Source of the DNA: a virus
Virus record (IMG/VR): IMGVR_UViG_3300047510_003167
Location: 1 to 64,000 of that record
Reading direction: 5' to 3' (one strand)
Length of the DNA stretch: 64,000 nucleotides
The position numbers and the translations under genes are program-made. Every line of letters begins with the position of its first letter. The stretch's first letter is position 1. Shown piece after piece: positions 9,741 through 19,109 of this stretch. The notes beneath the pieces were generated by a model that was given only the letters and a program-made list of their open reading frames with translations, had not been told where the DNA came from and did not search any database.

Positions 9741-12059
9741 ATGGCTGTTGACGCTAAGGCTAGGCTTAAGGAGATTATTGATTCGTATCTTGAAAAAGAT
9801 GGCGGAACAATGATTGACACTGGCGTCGTGGCAGCCCACCTCGCCCAGATGCGTTTATTTGGCATCCGCCAAGGTGTTGAATTTTTTCCTGCTCAAGACA
9901 ACTTTGGAAATCAAAGAAAAGACTTTATTGATCGTGTTGTTAAATACAACCAACTTGACACCCGCTTAGATTCCATCTGGGACTATTTCCTTTGTGATGG
10001 CCAGGGACTTTTTTACATTCGTCCAACTCAATCCAATTATCGGCTTTATTACTTTCGTCAGCACGAATATCGCACCTATTACAACATTGATGGCGAGCTT
10101 GATGAAGTTGTAATCATCTATAGCTACAAAGTTCGTAAAGGCCTTGGGTTCCAGCAAGACATTGAAGCTGGTAATTTAACTGGTCAAGCTGGCATGGGCC
10201 AGCAAGGAACCAAGCGTTATATTCGTCTTTCCATCAAACGTAAGACTATTGAGGAAACTCATTCCGAAGGCGAAATCTCATTTGATACGCAGTATCAAGC
10301 AGTACCTGGTAAAACTAAAACGTTTAAAAACACACTTGGTTTCATTCCTTGTGTTGAGATCTTCAATAACCCCAAAGGCTTTTCAACTGAAGGTGTTGGT
10401 GAATTTGATGCGTTAGCAAATCACATTTGCACGCATGACGACATGGTTCGCACCATGCGCAAGAACGTTCAGTTTTTTGGCAACCCAACTCTTCTTTCTT
10501 CTCGTCCCAAGACAGATTTGATGGAGTCTGGAACCGAAACTACGGTTCAACGTCCCTCCATTGCAGCAAACTCAGGATTCACCAGCATGAATCCCCTGAG
10601 TCGCTCAACCTTTAAGTCGGATCCTATTAGTCGTGGTGTAGACGGACAGATTCGTGTTCCACGCGTTATTGCAAACCTGGAACCAAACGATCGTGTTGGT
10701 TACATTGTTCCCGACGCAATTACCGGTGACCAGAACTCATTTGCTCGTCAGTATCGCGAAGAAATTCGCACCGCTCTTGGTGGCGTAGACGAATTATCAA
10801 TTTCGGCAGGCGTTACTGCAACTGAGTATAAGTCACTGTTTGGACGTGTCTCTGCTACATCAAAGAAAAAAGCAATTGCTATTTACACATACGGTATTTC
10901 TCGTTGTCTTGAGTTAATTCTTTATCAAGAAGAACGTTTGTTCCGAGAAACGCTTGCCGCCGCAGCTGGAATTGAAAAGCCCCTGGAACTTCCAGAGAAT
11001 GCTTCGTTTGAAGAAGCCAGTATGTATGAAGAAGCAATGAGCATGTTTGAGAATCAGGTAAAGCAATTAATGCTTGCTTGTCTCAAAACTCAACAGGTTC
11101 CTCCTGGCGTCTTAGGTTTAATTCCCGATGGGGATGTAACTGTTTTATGGCGTTGGATGGGACCTGTTTATGAAGATTCCACGCAAGACATTCTGAACAA
11201 TTCTATTGTTGTAAGGAACCTTCAGGAATTAGGTGTTGATAGCATTGAAGCACTGAAATACCTCTTCCCGTCAAAAACGGATGAGGAAAGAGCCGAGATG
11301 TTATCTGGGTTCCCCTTCAGGATGGTGAATGAATTACAGAGTGCTTACTCTCAATTCGCTCGCCTTGTGGGAGGCATGATGCAGACCCCCCACCCGCAAG
11401 CACCGGATTTACCGATGGCTGCGGATCCGAGATTGGATTTAACACCCTATCTGTATCGAACTTTAGAAGCTCTACAAAAGGAGATGAGTTATGCAGGACG
11501 CTACCGTCCAATCGATCCCACAGACGAGCCAAGCACCAGTGGCCGTAGCCCCCAGCAGCTACGTGGTGCCAGCACAGGCGCCCAGCAGCTACCAAGCTCC
11601 GGCACCCCAGGCTTATCAGGTGGGTACGAGTTACCCCCAAGCGGTACCTCAGGCAGCCCCCAGCTACCAATCAGCCCCTACTCAGTACGCCCCCCAATCC
11701 CAACCGGCGGCGGACTCGGCGGCGAATCCATGGGAATCGGCGTTCAACAAGGTGGTGAACCTGCTGAGCGCACCAGTCCAATCCCCGTTCCAGGGTCAAC
11801 CCTCAGCGAATCCGACACAGTTTACCCCGGCGAACTACGGTCTGGGCAGCAACCAAGTTACGCAACAATCGGCAGCGCCGACCTCGTATCCCAGCCAGGG
11901 TTACTCGCCCAACTCTTCCCCAACCTACTTAACGGGCTCCTCGGCGGCAGAAATGCACCAGGAAGTGAATACGGCGATCGCGGATTACCTGGAACTGAGC
12001 AACGAAAGCCGTCAGGTGATCGACGCGTTCGGGGTAGAGGCTCCCGCAATCCTAAATAA
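9741..12059 (+). CDS. Portal protein with a long low-complexity C-terminal extension
   Basis: Size and position between terL and MCP; NTLGFIPCVEIFNNP...GVGEF motif typical of portals. Confidence 0.75.
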   Translation: MAVDAKARLKEIIDSYLEKDGGTMIDTGVVAAHLAQMRLFGIRQGVEFFPAQDNFGNQRKDFIDRVVKYNQLDTRLDSIWDYFLCDGQGLFYIRPTQSNYRLYYFRQHEYRTYYNIDGELDEVVIIYSYKVRKGLGFQQDIEAGNLTGQAGMGQQGTKRYIRLSIKRKTIEETHSEGEISFDTQYQAVPGKTKTFKNTLGFIPCVEIFNNPKGFSTEGVGEFDALANHICTHDDMVRTMRKNVQFFGNPTLLSSRPKTDLMESGTETTVQRPSIAANSGFTSMNPLSRSTFKSDPISRGVDGQIRVPRVIANLEPNDRVGYIVPDAITGDQNSFARQYREEIRTALGGVDELSISAGVTATEYKSLFGRVSATSKKKAIAIYTYGISRCLELILYQEERLFRETLAAAAGIEKPLELPENASFEEASMYEEAMSMFENQVKQLMLACLKTQQVPPGVLGLIPDGDVTVLWRWMGPVYEDSTQDILNNSIVVRNLQELGVDSIEALKYLFPSKTDEERAEMLSGFPFRMVNELQSAYSQFARLVGGMMQTPHPQAPDLPMAADPRLDLTPYLYRTLEALQKEMSYAGRYRPIDPTDEPSTSGRSPQQLRGASTGAQQLPSSGTPGLSGGYELPPSGTSGSPQLPISPYSVRPPIPTGGGLGGESMGIGVQQGGEPAERTSPIPVPGSTLSESDTVYPGELRSGQQPSYATIGSADLVSQPGLLAQLFPNLLNGLLGGRNAPGSEYGDRGLPGTEQRKPSGDRRVRGRGSRNPK

Positions 12060-12483
12060 CTATGCTCTCCAACTGGAAGGCATGCTGGATAGCGCAGTTG
12101 CCTGGGGCAATCAAGCCGCTGGTCTGATCACTGGTTATGCTGATTTTGCGGTTAATGAGCACCAGGAGAACCTGGCTTACAACGAGATCCTGACCAACCC
12201 CGACGTTCTTAGCGATTACACGCTGAAGTTCTTTGGTCCCGAAGGTCCCTATCCTGTGTACGAAAGCGAAGAGCAGCTGGAAACCCGTGGCTATCCCACT
12301 GGCTCCATCGAGCCCCAAATGGGCCAATTCCCTGCTCCTCCCGCTTCTGCTGCTCCTCAGCAGCCTGAGAACTTCTGGGGCAGCTTCAACGAGCTGATGG
12401 CCCGTGATCCTCAAAACGCTTGGCGCGTGCTTAACCAAGCCCAACCCCAAACCGTTGCTAACAAACTGTTTGTGATGGAGTGA
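11491..12483 (+). CDS. Putative capsid scaffolding protein
   Basis: AAGGAG about 7 nt upstream of the ATG; P/Q/A/S-rich N-half and helical C-half; lies upstream of MCP. Confidence 0.6.
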   Translation: MQDATVQSIPQTSQAPVAVAPSSYVVPAQAPSSYQAPAPQAYQVGTSYPQAVPQAAPSYQSAPTQYAPQSQPAADSAANPWESAFNKVVNLLSAPVQSPFQGQPSANPTQFTPANYGLGSNQVTQQSAAPTSYPSQGYSPNSSPTYLTGSSAAEMHQEVNTAIADYLELSNESRQVIDAFGVEAPAILNNYALQLEGMLDSAVAWGNQAAGLITGYADFAVNEHQENLAYNEILTNPDVLSDYTLKFFGPEGPYPVYESEEQLETRGYPTGSIEPQMGQFPAPPASAAPQQPENFWGSFNELMARDPQNAWRVLNQAQPQTVANKLFVME

Positions 12484-12487
12484 GGCC

Positions 12488-13036
12488 ATGCGTCCTCTTC
12501 TTAAATATGGTGTACCTGCCGCTGCTGGTTTAGCAGCTGGTGGGTACGCCCTTTCCCAGGGTGAAGATCCTGGTTCTGCTGCTCTTGCAGGACTTGCGGG
12601 CGGAGCTGGTGCCAGGGGCGGCTTGCTTGCTGGACGCCTAGCTGGCAAGTATGCTCCTGCTGTTGCCGAGCTTATTCAATCTCGTGCGTTAACTCCAGCA
12701 GGGAATGCACTTGGTAATCTTGCACGTAGTCTTCCAGATGAAGCGGTGCAAGGTAAACGGATGGCTGCAATTAACAAAGTTGCTTCTGGTCTTGAAGCTG
12801 CAGAGCAAGGCATTGCTTCTCCTGGTATGGGCCGAGCTGTTCAATCAGTTTCTGCAGGTCTTGCTGCACCTGGTGCCGCAGGACTTGCGGGTCTTGGTGG
12901 TATTGCTGCTGGTGCAATTCCCGGTGCATTAGGTGTACCCGGTTTCCAGCAGGGCATGCCCGTTGATCCGGAATCTTACGGCTCTAGTAATTCAGCTGGA
13001 GCACGCTATAAAACGCCCACTACGCAGTATGTGTAA
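12488..13036 (+). CDS. Gly/Ala-rich hydrophobic protein
   Basis: 182 aa with glycine zippers. Confidence 0.6.
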   Translation: MRPLLKYGVPAAAGLAAGGYALSQGEDPGSAALAGLAGGAGARGGLLAGRLAGKYAPAVAELIQSRALTPAGNALGNLARSLPDEAVQGKRMAAINKVASGLEAAEQGIASPGMGRAVQSVSAGLAAPGAAGLAGLGGIAAGAIPGALGVPGFQQGMPVDPESYGSSNSAGARYKTPTTQYV

Positions 13037-13142
13037 TTAAATAAATTACCAACTGCTAAAATTTGTGTTAGATAAGACATATAAATGTCTGAATCTTTCA
13101 CCCGATAAAAACACTTCCTGAGATACTGGAGGATAAAACAAA

Positions 13143-14303
13143 GTGTTCATTGATAACGACTTTCCAAAGATTCTAGGCGCGGAACTTTACCGTCCTCACC
13201 CCGCCTATATTGCTGAAATGGCGGTTGAGCCCGTGGTGGTTCATGACTTTACCCGTCAGCCCGGTCAAACCGTTCAGCTTGATCGCTACAAGTTCTGGGG
13301 AACCCCCGGTACCAAGGACAGCCGTGAGCGTATTGCCGACCAAACGATCGGTACCGCTAACAGCCGTAACATCACCAAGGAGAAAGTCCTGGTGGTGCTT
13401 AAGGAGTACACCGGTCCTGCGGACCCGGGCGATCCGACCCAGCCCAGCACCTTCAAGATTGCTCGCGAAACCCTGATTACCGCTCAGCGTCTTCTGCTGG
13501 ACACCGGTAACCTCAACATGTTCCACCAGTCCATCGGCAGCCTGACGCTGCTTGATGACTATCGCCGGTGGCGTGACCGCGTCTTTATTGACGAACTGGC
13601 CAAAGCCGAAGCCAATGGTGCCGCCAGCACCACTCAAGGCGGTTACTACTTCGCTGGTGGTAAAACCAAAGATTCCCAGGGTCGTGTTTCTTACACCACT
13701 GGTGAGTATGGCGCTCAAGTTCAGCAGTTCCAGGTGCGTACCGACCTGCTGACCGTTGTTAAGGACCTGCGTAAGCGCAACGTGCCGACCTATTCCGATG
13801 GTCTGTATCGTTGCATCTGCGATCCCACCTTCATGATGCACCTGCGTCGTGATCCTGACTTCCGTGAGATTGCCCGTTACGCTGGTAACCCTGGTCAAGG
13901 CATGTACATGGGCAACCCCATGATGCCTAACAACGCCAGCTTCTACATGGGTCCTCAAGCTGGTCAGGGCTATTTCCTGGCTGGTGAGCCCGTGATGCCG
14001 ACCGGCGTCCAGTTTGAAGGTGTTAAGTTCTTCGAGTCGACCAACTTCCCGACCAAGAACGTTAACGCTTCTTTCAACGCTTCTACCTACTCTTCTCAAG
14101 AAGTTGCCCAAGGTTACTTCTTTGGTCCTCAGGCCATTGGTGTTGGTATCGGCGGCCCGAACGCTCAAGTCCTCATTAACAATAACGATGACTTCAGCCG
14201 TTTCATCATCCTCATCTGGCAACTGTACGCTGGCTTCGAGATTCTGAACAAGGACTTCGTGACCACCGCCTTCAGCTTTGTGTCCGATGATGGCGACATC
14301 TGA
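13143..14303 (+). CDS. Major capsid protein
   Basis: 386 aa, strongest codon bias in the window, GGAGG RBS, position after portal and scaffold, HK97-like features (PGQTVQL; FFGPQAIG). Confidence 0.82.
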   Translation: MFIDNDFPKILGAELYRPHPAYIAEMAVEPVVVHDFTRQPGQTVQLDRYKFWGTPGTKDSRERIADQTIGTANSRNITKEKVLVVLKEYTGPADPGDPTQPSTFKIARETLITAQRLLLDTGNLNMFHQSIGSLTLLDDYRRWRDRVFIDELAKAEANGAASTTQGGYYFAGGKTKDSQGRVSYTTGEYGAQVQQFQVRTDLLTVVKDLRKRNVPTYSDGLYRCICDPTFMMHLRRDPDFREIARYAGNPGQGMYMGNPMMPNNASFYMGPQAGQGYFLAGEPVMPTGVQFEGVKFFESTNFPTKNVNASFNASTYSSQEVAQGYFFGPQAIGVGIGGPNAQVLINNNDDFSRFIILIWQLYAGFEILNKDFVTTAFSFVSDDGDI

Positions 14304-14327
14304 TTTTAAATAAAAACGGAGAAATAA

Positions 14328-15122
14328 ATGACTTATCTGTCTTCTAAGAAAATCTACCCCGGTAACTGGGCAGAGCCTCTGAACGGTTGGTACAAGAATA
14401 TTGATACCGACTCCAGCGGCACCAATGATGGTTCCAAGGGCGGCCCCACTTCGGTGCTGGCTACCCCTGGCTACCGCTATTTCCAACAGCGTGGTTACGT
14501 CCCCGTGACCTGGGCCTCTGGTGAGCAAACCACCAAGGGTCAGACCATGAGCGTGATCGTTCCTTCCCCTTACCGGAACGACGACACCCGTACCGATATC
14601 ACCGGCATGGTTGTGAGTGGCAACACCACCACCCCCATTTACGTGTATCGCGCAGCCATCTCGGTTGCCTCCGGCTGGGGCGACGGTCGCGTTGCCTCCG
14701 GTGTGTATGCCTCCACCGGTAACACCATCACCTTCGCAACTGGCCTGGTTTCCAATGCTGGTGTTGGCGAAGCTGTTGCTCAAGCCAACCTGACCTCCAC
14801 CGTTTCCGGTGGTGTGGACCTCGTCTACTTTGCTGGCGGTTCCCAGGGTCTGAGCGCTGCGCCCTTCATCACCGCTACTGGTGCTGCTGGTGTCGCTGCA
14901 AACACCATCTACAAGACCCTGACTGGTGCTGCAACCTACAGCGTGCTGTCCCGCGATACCGTGACCGGTACCGTTGCTTCTGGCGGTGTGTTCATCTCTG
15001 ATGCTGACGCAGCTGCAGGCCGCACCGGTTACCTGGTTGTGGAAGTGTGCTACATCCAGCCTGATGAAGCTCCTGGCTACGAGGACATCGACGGCTATCT
15101 GCTTGGTCGCACTGTTAGCTGA
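14328..15122 (+). CDS. Abundant structural protein (capsid decoration or minor capsid)
   Basis: Directly follows MCP with the same codon bias and a GGAG RBS; beta-rich T/G/A composition. Confidence 0.6.
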   Translation: MTYLSSKKIYPGNWAEPLNGWYKNIDTDSSGTNDGSKGGPTSVLATPGYRYFQQRGYVPVTWASGEQTTKGQTMSVIVPSPYRNDDTRTDITGMVVSGNTTTPIYVYRAAISVASGWGDGRVASGVYASTGNTITFATGLVSNAGVGEAVAQANLTSTVSGGVDLVYFAGGSQGLSAAPFITATGAAGVAANTIYKTLTGAATYSVLSRDTVTGTVASGGVFISDADAAAGRTGYLVVEVCYIQPDEAPGYEDIDGYLLGRTVS

Positions 15123-15160
15123 TTGAGGTAAACTAAGACCAGATAACTTCTGGTCTTAGC

Positions 15161-15574
15161 ATGCTCCTTTATCAACACAAAAAAACTGGCGCACGCGTCA
15201 AAATTGTAAGCGAATGGGATAACGGCGATTGGTTCATGGTCGAAGATCAGGACGGTCGCCTTTATACCGCTTACAAAAACGAATTGACTCCTGATGAGCA
15301 AGCAACCAAAAAGGTTCAAACTCTCCAGGTAAAAGATAAAGCAGCAAAAGAAGAGCCTCGCACGTTTCCTCCTGAAACGCGCTTGAACATTAATACGGCA
15401 ACTGCTCAAATGATTGCCGATCACATCAAGGGCATTGGTTTAAAAACCGCTCGTGAAGTGAAGGATTTACAGATGTCTCTGTCGGGTGAAAGATTCGCGA
15501 ATCTAGAGCAGTTAAAACAAATCAAGAGGGTTGATTGGGAAGCTGTTATTGCAGCAGATTTAATCCGTGTTTGA
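15161..15574 (+). CDS. Helix-hairpin-helix domain protein (ComEA/PsbU-like C-terminus)
   Basis: RLNINTATAQMIADHIKGIGLKTA...FANLEQLKQI. Confidence 0.7.
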   Translation: MLLYQHKKTGARVKIVSEWDNGDWFMVEDQDGRLYTAYKNELTPDEQATKKVQTLQVKDKAAKEEPRTFPPETRLNINTATAQMIADHIKGIGLKTAREVKDLQMSLSGERFANLEQLKQIKRVDWEAVIAADLIRV

Positions 15575-15590
15575 TACTCATCTCCTAAAC

Positions 15591-15615
15591 GCCCCTGGGA
15601 AACCGGGGGTTTTTT
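15591..15615 (+). terminator. Rho-independent terminator
   Basis: GCCCCTGG-GAAA-CCGGGGGT followed by a T run. Confidence 0.85.
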
Positions 15616-15643
15616 AGTCTTAAAATTAAAAATAAAAAGTAAT

Positions 15644-16342
15644 ATGGCGGGCTTAATCCCACTAGGTTCAGTTATTGATCCAAGCAAAGATATTTTTGCA
15701 ACAACGGGTGCCCACCTGGATTTACGCGTAATCCCTCAGTTTGGCGCACAGAAAGGGAAAAAGATTGACCCCAAATCAGCCAAGAGTCTGCTGCAGAATG
15801 TTTTAGTTGGCCAAGACAGGAAACCCTTGGTTCAACAACAAGGTAATGATTGGAAATGGAATTTTCCACTTACTTCAGGTTTTGGTCCACGCTCAGCTCC
15901 AACTGCAGGAGCCTCTTCTTATCATGAAGGAATTGACGTTGGCTTGGGTGCTGGGACTCAACTGACATACAAGGGGTCAGGCTCTTTTCAACCTAATAAG
16001 GGTTACGGGAGCTTGATGACCACAGACGCGCAGGGCCAGCCGTATGAGCTTAGGTTTCTGCATACGCAACCAGGGAAAGCAACTTCTGTAGCAAGTACCG
16101 GCACCCAGACACCACAGACAAGTGCTCAGGTGAATCCAGATGATTCGGCAAATAAACTTCTTCAACTCTTGTTTGGAGAAAAAGAAAAACCTTCTTTGTC
16201 TCAACAAATTATTGGACAAGTTCTTGAGGCAAAGTTAGCTAACAGGGGTCAAAGTTTTCTGGGTAATTACACATCTTTGATGGGTGCTAATCCATACGAA
16301 GAATTTTTACTGGATCCCGCCAAGGCTGGAATCTACGGTTGA
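15644..16342 (+). CDS. M23-family peptidase, motif order permuted
   Basis: LTSGFGPR...YHEGIDV (HxxxD) plus N-terminal TTGAHLDLR...KIDP. Confidence 0.65.
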   Translation: MAGLIPLGSVIDPSKDIFATTGAHLDLRVIPQFGAQKGKKIDPKSAKSLLQNVLVGQDRKPLVQQQGNDWKWNFPLTSGFGPRSAPTAGASSYHEGIDVGLGAGTQLTYKGSGSFQPNKGYGSLMTTDAQGQPYELRFLHTQPGKATSVASTGTQTPQTSAQVNPDDSANKLLQLLFGEKEKPSLSQQIIGQVLEAKLANRGQSFLGNYTSLMGANPYEEFLLDPAKAGIYG

Positions 16343-16381
16343 TTATCTGCTTTTATAATTAAAAAATGAGGGAATTCAAAA

Positions 16382-16843
16382 GTGCATTTATCTGACTTTG
16401 ATAAGAGTAGGGTCAGGTATCACCTGGGCTATTTCACTGTGTCGGTTCCTGCGGGTGATTACGCTCGCCTGGAAGAAGCAATGAATACAGTTCCGGATTC
16501 CTTTTTTTACGACAAAATTGTAATTCAACTTGGCCGTTGTGATACCGCTGAAAAGAAAACAGAAGTCGCAACGTCTCCTTCCACTCGTTTAGAAAGTATT
16601 GCTGGGGACGTTGATCGTACAATTAGATCAAGTAATGCCAAAGAAGCATTAAAAGTTTGGGACGAAATTTACCTATACGAAACCAATCGTCTGGCAAATA
16701 TTCTTTACGTTCCCAACTACAAAGATCCATTCCAGGCTCGTTATAGATACGAACGCTCTGGTGCAGAATTTATCCAGGCACTACCTGGGCCTGCCGATAC
16801 CGCAGTTGGATCCCGTCTTTATTTACATGAGGTTTGGCGCTAA
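16382..16843 (+). CDS. Putative head-tail joining protein
   Basis: 153 aa helical protein after the capsid genes; the function call is positional. Confidence 0.4.
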   Translation: MHLSDFDKSRVRYHLGYFTVSVPAGDYARLEEAMNTVPDSFFYDKIVIQLGRCDTAEKKTEVATSPSTRLESIAGDVDRTIRSSNAKEALKVWDEIYLYETNRLANILYVPNYKDPFQARYRYERSGAEFIQALPGPADTAVGSRLYLHEVWR

Positions 16844-17748
16844 TGGCTAACGGAAAATGGGTAAATGTTCCTGGTAAGGGTCGTCGCTTTTTAACAAGTG
16901 AGGGCGAATATCGCTATGGCGATCCCAACGCACCTTTGGCTCCTGCGGCAAGTGCAGTTAAAAGCTTTTTTGGCGGAATTTTAAACGCACAACCGCGCTT
17001 TTCTCCAGAGCAGATGCGTGGTTTAACTGCTCCTGGCCTGTCGTCCTCCGCTGGTGCAGCCGCAGGTCCATCCAAGGGACAGCAACGTCCTGATGGTAAG
17101 TTCTACACAGGCTCTCGATATGGCTGGCAATCAGGTTCTTCTGCTGCCCGTGCCGGTTTATTGGGCTCTGAAGTTGTGGGTGATGCAGCCTTTGGTGGTG
17201 CCCGCTCTCCCATGGGACCCCCGATTCCTGGGCGTATTGCCAACGCCCCCAGTCCCTTAGCCCTTCCTTTACCAACCTCCGGAAGCTCTTTTGCCACTGA
17301 TGGTTCGCCCGCAGATCGTGCATATCAACAAGAAGCTTCTCGTGTCGCCCAATTGACCGCACAAGATCCTGAACTTCAGCGTTACGAAAAAGCACGTAGT
17401 GCTGCCAAGACTCAAGAGGAGATGAACGCAGCTCGTGACATCGGCATGCAGATTTGGCAGCAAAAGTATGGCGGCACTCCCATGGGACAACCTGGTGGTG
17501 CGGTTGGTTCTTTTAATCCCTTGATGCAAAAAACCTTTGGCTATCAGGCGGGCATGTCTCCGAATCAGATTGCACAGACGATTACTAACCCTGCAGATAT
17601 TCCGGTTGCCCCTGGTGAGGCTCCGTATCAAACAGGTGATTTTGGCACACGCGTGGGAGTTACCGGTTATGATCCGGTCAAGTATGGAATCACGCCTGAA
17701 ATGATTGAGCAACTTAAAGCTCAGTCCCTGGCACAAGCTCGAAAATAA
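16834..17748 (+). CDS. Hypothetical G/P/A-rich protein (likely ATG at 16843)
   Basis: About 300 aa ORF, TAATG coupling. Confidence 0.6.
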   Translation: MALMANGKWVNVPGKGRRFLTSEGEYRYGDPNAPLAPAASAVKSFFGGILNAQPRFSPEQMRGLTAPGLSSSAGAAAGPSKGQQRPDGKFYTGSRYGWQSGSSAARAGLLGSEVVGDAAFGGARSPMGPPIPGRIANAPSPLALPLPTSGSSFATDGSPADRAYQQEASRVAQLTAQDPELQRYEKARSAAKTQEEMNAARDIGMQIWQQKYGGTPMGQPGGAVGSFNPLMQKTFGYQAGMSPNQIAQTITNPADIPVAPGEAPYQTGDFGTRVGVTGYDPVKYGITPEMIEQLKAQSLAQARK

Positions 17749-17854
17749 CCAGTTGTTAAACTAGGTTTACTTGGCACCACACTTCGTGGGTAAGTCCACC
17801 TGCTGGATAACAGATCTTTTGATCTACGGAGGCCAGCGTTGTTGCTTTAAACCA

Positions 17855-17971
17855 ATGATTCTTTGCCCTAATTTTCTTCGTCGCCTTGTTGCCAAACTTA
17901 GTGTGATTCTCGCACTTCAAGCTGTGTTTACTCCCGCACTCAGGGCCGCGTCAAATTGGGTAGGAGCATGA
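17855..17971 (+). CDS. 38 aa signal-peptide-like ORF
   Basis: MILCPNFLRRLVAKLSVILALQAVFTPALRA-ASNWVGA: basic n-region, hydrophobic h-region, AxA-like c-region. Confidence 0.5.
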   Translation: MILCPNFLRRLVAKLSVILALQAVFTPALRAASNWVGA

Positions 17972-18011
17972 GAAAGAGCCAAAAAAAGAAGAAGTAAAAA
18001 CATCAAAGCCC

Positions 18012-18722
18012 ATGAACGAAAGAGAGTTTTTAAAGCAATTTAGAAACAGTCCCGAAGGTAAAAAACTTCTGGAGACTATTTCTTTTGCTGAAGGAACTCG
18101 CCGTTCTAATCCCACCGACTCTTATCGAGTCATGTTTGGTGGTGGACTTGCGCCTAGCCTTAAGGCACACCCGGACAAAGTGATTTCCAGCCCCGGAGGT
18201 TACTCAAGCGCTGCAGCAGGTCGTTACCAGTTCCTCCCAGGAACCTGGCAATCACAAGCGTCTCGCCTAGGTTTGTCTGGCTTTGGACCTGAAGAGCAAG
18301 ATATTGCCGCTCTGTCATTGGCAAGAAATCGTTTAATGCCTATTGGTGGTTTATCTGTTCTTCAAAAAGAGGGTCTAAGTTCCAGGGTTGCTGCCAAACT
18401 TTCTCCCGAATGGGCCTCGTTTCCTACGGAGTCAGGTCGTAGTTACTATGGTCAACCAGTAAAATCTTTATCAGAATTACAAAAGGTTTACCAATCAACT
18501 TCAGGGCCTACACCTGCAACTACCGCTCCGGCCCCCACCCCATCTCAACAAAAAGCAGCTAAAGGAAATTCCTTAGCTCAAGAGCTTATTGAACAACTGA
18601 TTAAATCTCGAATTCCCGCCATATTACAACAAAGAAGTAGCTTGGCATCTCCTGACGAATTGGTCTCTTTCTCTAATTCGATGATGCCATTACCTGATGA
18701 CTATTTAAACATGTTTGTCTAA
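18012..18722 (+). CDS. Lambda-R-type lysozyme / lytic transglycosylase (GH104-like)
   Basis: ISFAEGT...SAAAGRYQFLPGTW...QDIAAL...EWASFP. Confidence 0.85.
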   Translation: MNEREFLKQFRNSPEGKKLLETISFAEGTRRSNPTDSYRVMFGGGLAPSLKAHPDKVISSPGGYSSAAAGRYQFLPGTWQSQASRLGLSGFGPEEQDIAALSLARNRLMPIGGLSVLQKEGLSSRVAAKLSPEWASFPTESGRSYYGQPVKSLSELQKVYQSTSGPTPATTAPAPTPSQQKAAKGNSLAQELIEQLIKSRIPAILQQRSSLASPDELVSFSNSMMPLPDDYLNMFV

Positions 18723-19039
18723 TGGCATCCCTCAGAAATAGGTCCGATTACGTTGACGATTACACCCCAGGGGAGGCCTCAAGCCTCCTTGGGGGAAGTC
18801 GCTATACAGCCTTCACTTCTCTCCCTGGAAGCCTGGGAAATCTCTCAGGTGAGAACAAAAGGAGTTTAATCGGACGTATTTTTGATCGGTTAAGCGCCTT
18901 TGAGTCTGCCGAACAATCTCCCGGCGATAACTTCCAAAGATTTTTATCTTTGTATCAAAATCCCGACAAACTAGCCGAAAGCAAGATGAAAGTTCCTGTA
19001 GGCTTCAATCAGGCCTACGGGCTTTCGTCAATGTTTTAA
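18722..19039 (+). CDS. Hypothetical protein
   Basis: 105 aa, coupled to the lysozyme gene. Confidence 0.55.
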   Translation: MASLRNRSDYVDDYTPGEASSLLGGSRYTAFTSLPGSLGNLSGENKRSLIGRIFDRLSAFESAEQSPGDNFQRFLSLYQNPDKLAESKMKVPVGFNQAYGLSSMF

Positions 19040-19109
19040 TTTAAATTCGTTCCATTAGAATGTCAGTATTGAAAGAAGGTCCTAATAAGGGCTAAAAGGG
19101 GATTTGTAA

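Noticed and set aside
12052-12648. 198 aa minus-strand ORF
   Set aside because: Antisense to two well-supported head-module genes; shadow ORF
13173-14783. 536 aa minus-strand ORF across the capsid genes
   Set aside because: Shadow ORF expected from the strong codon bias of the highly expressed sense genes; no recognisable motifs
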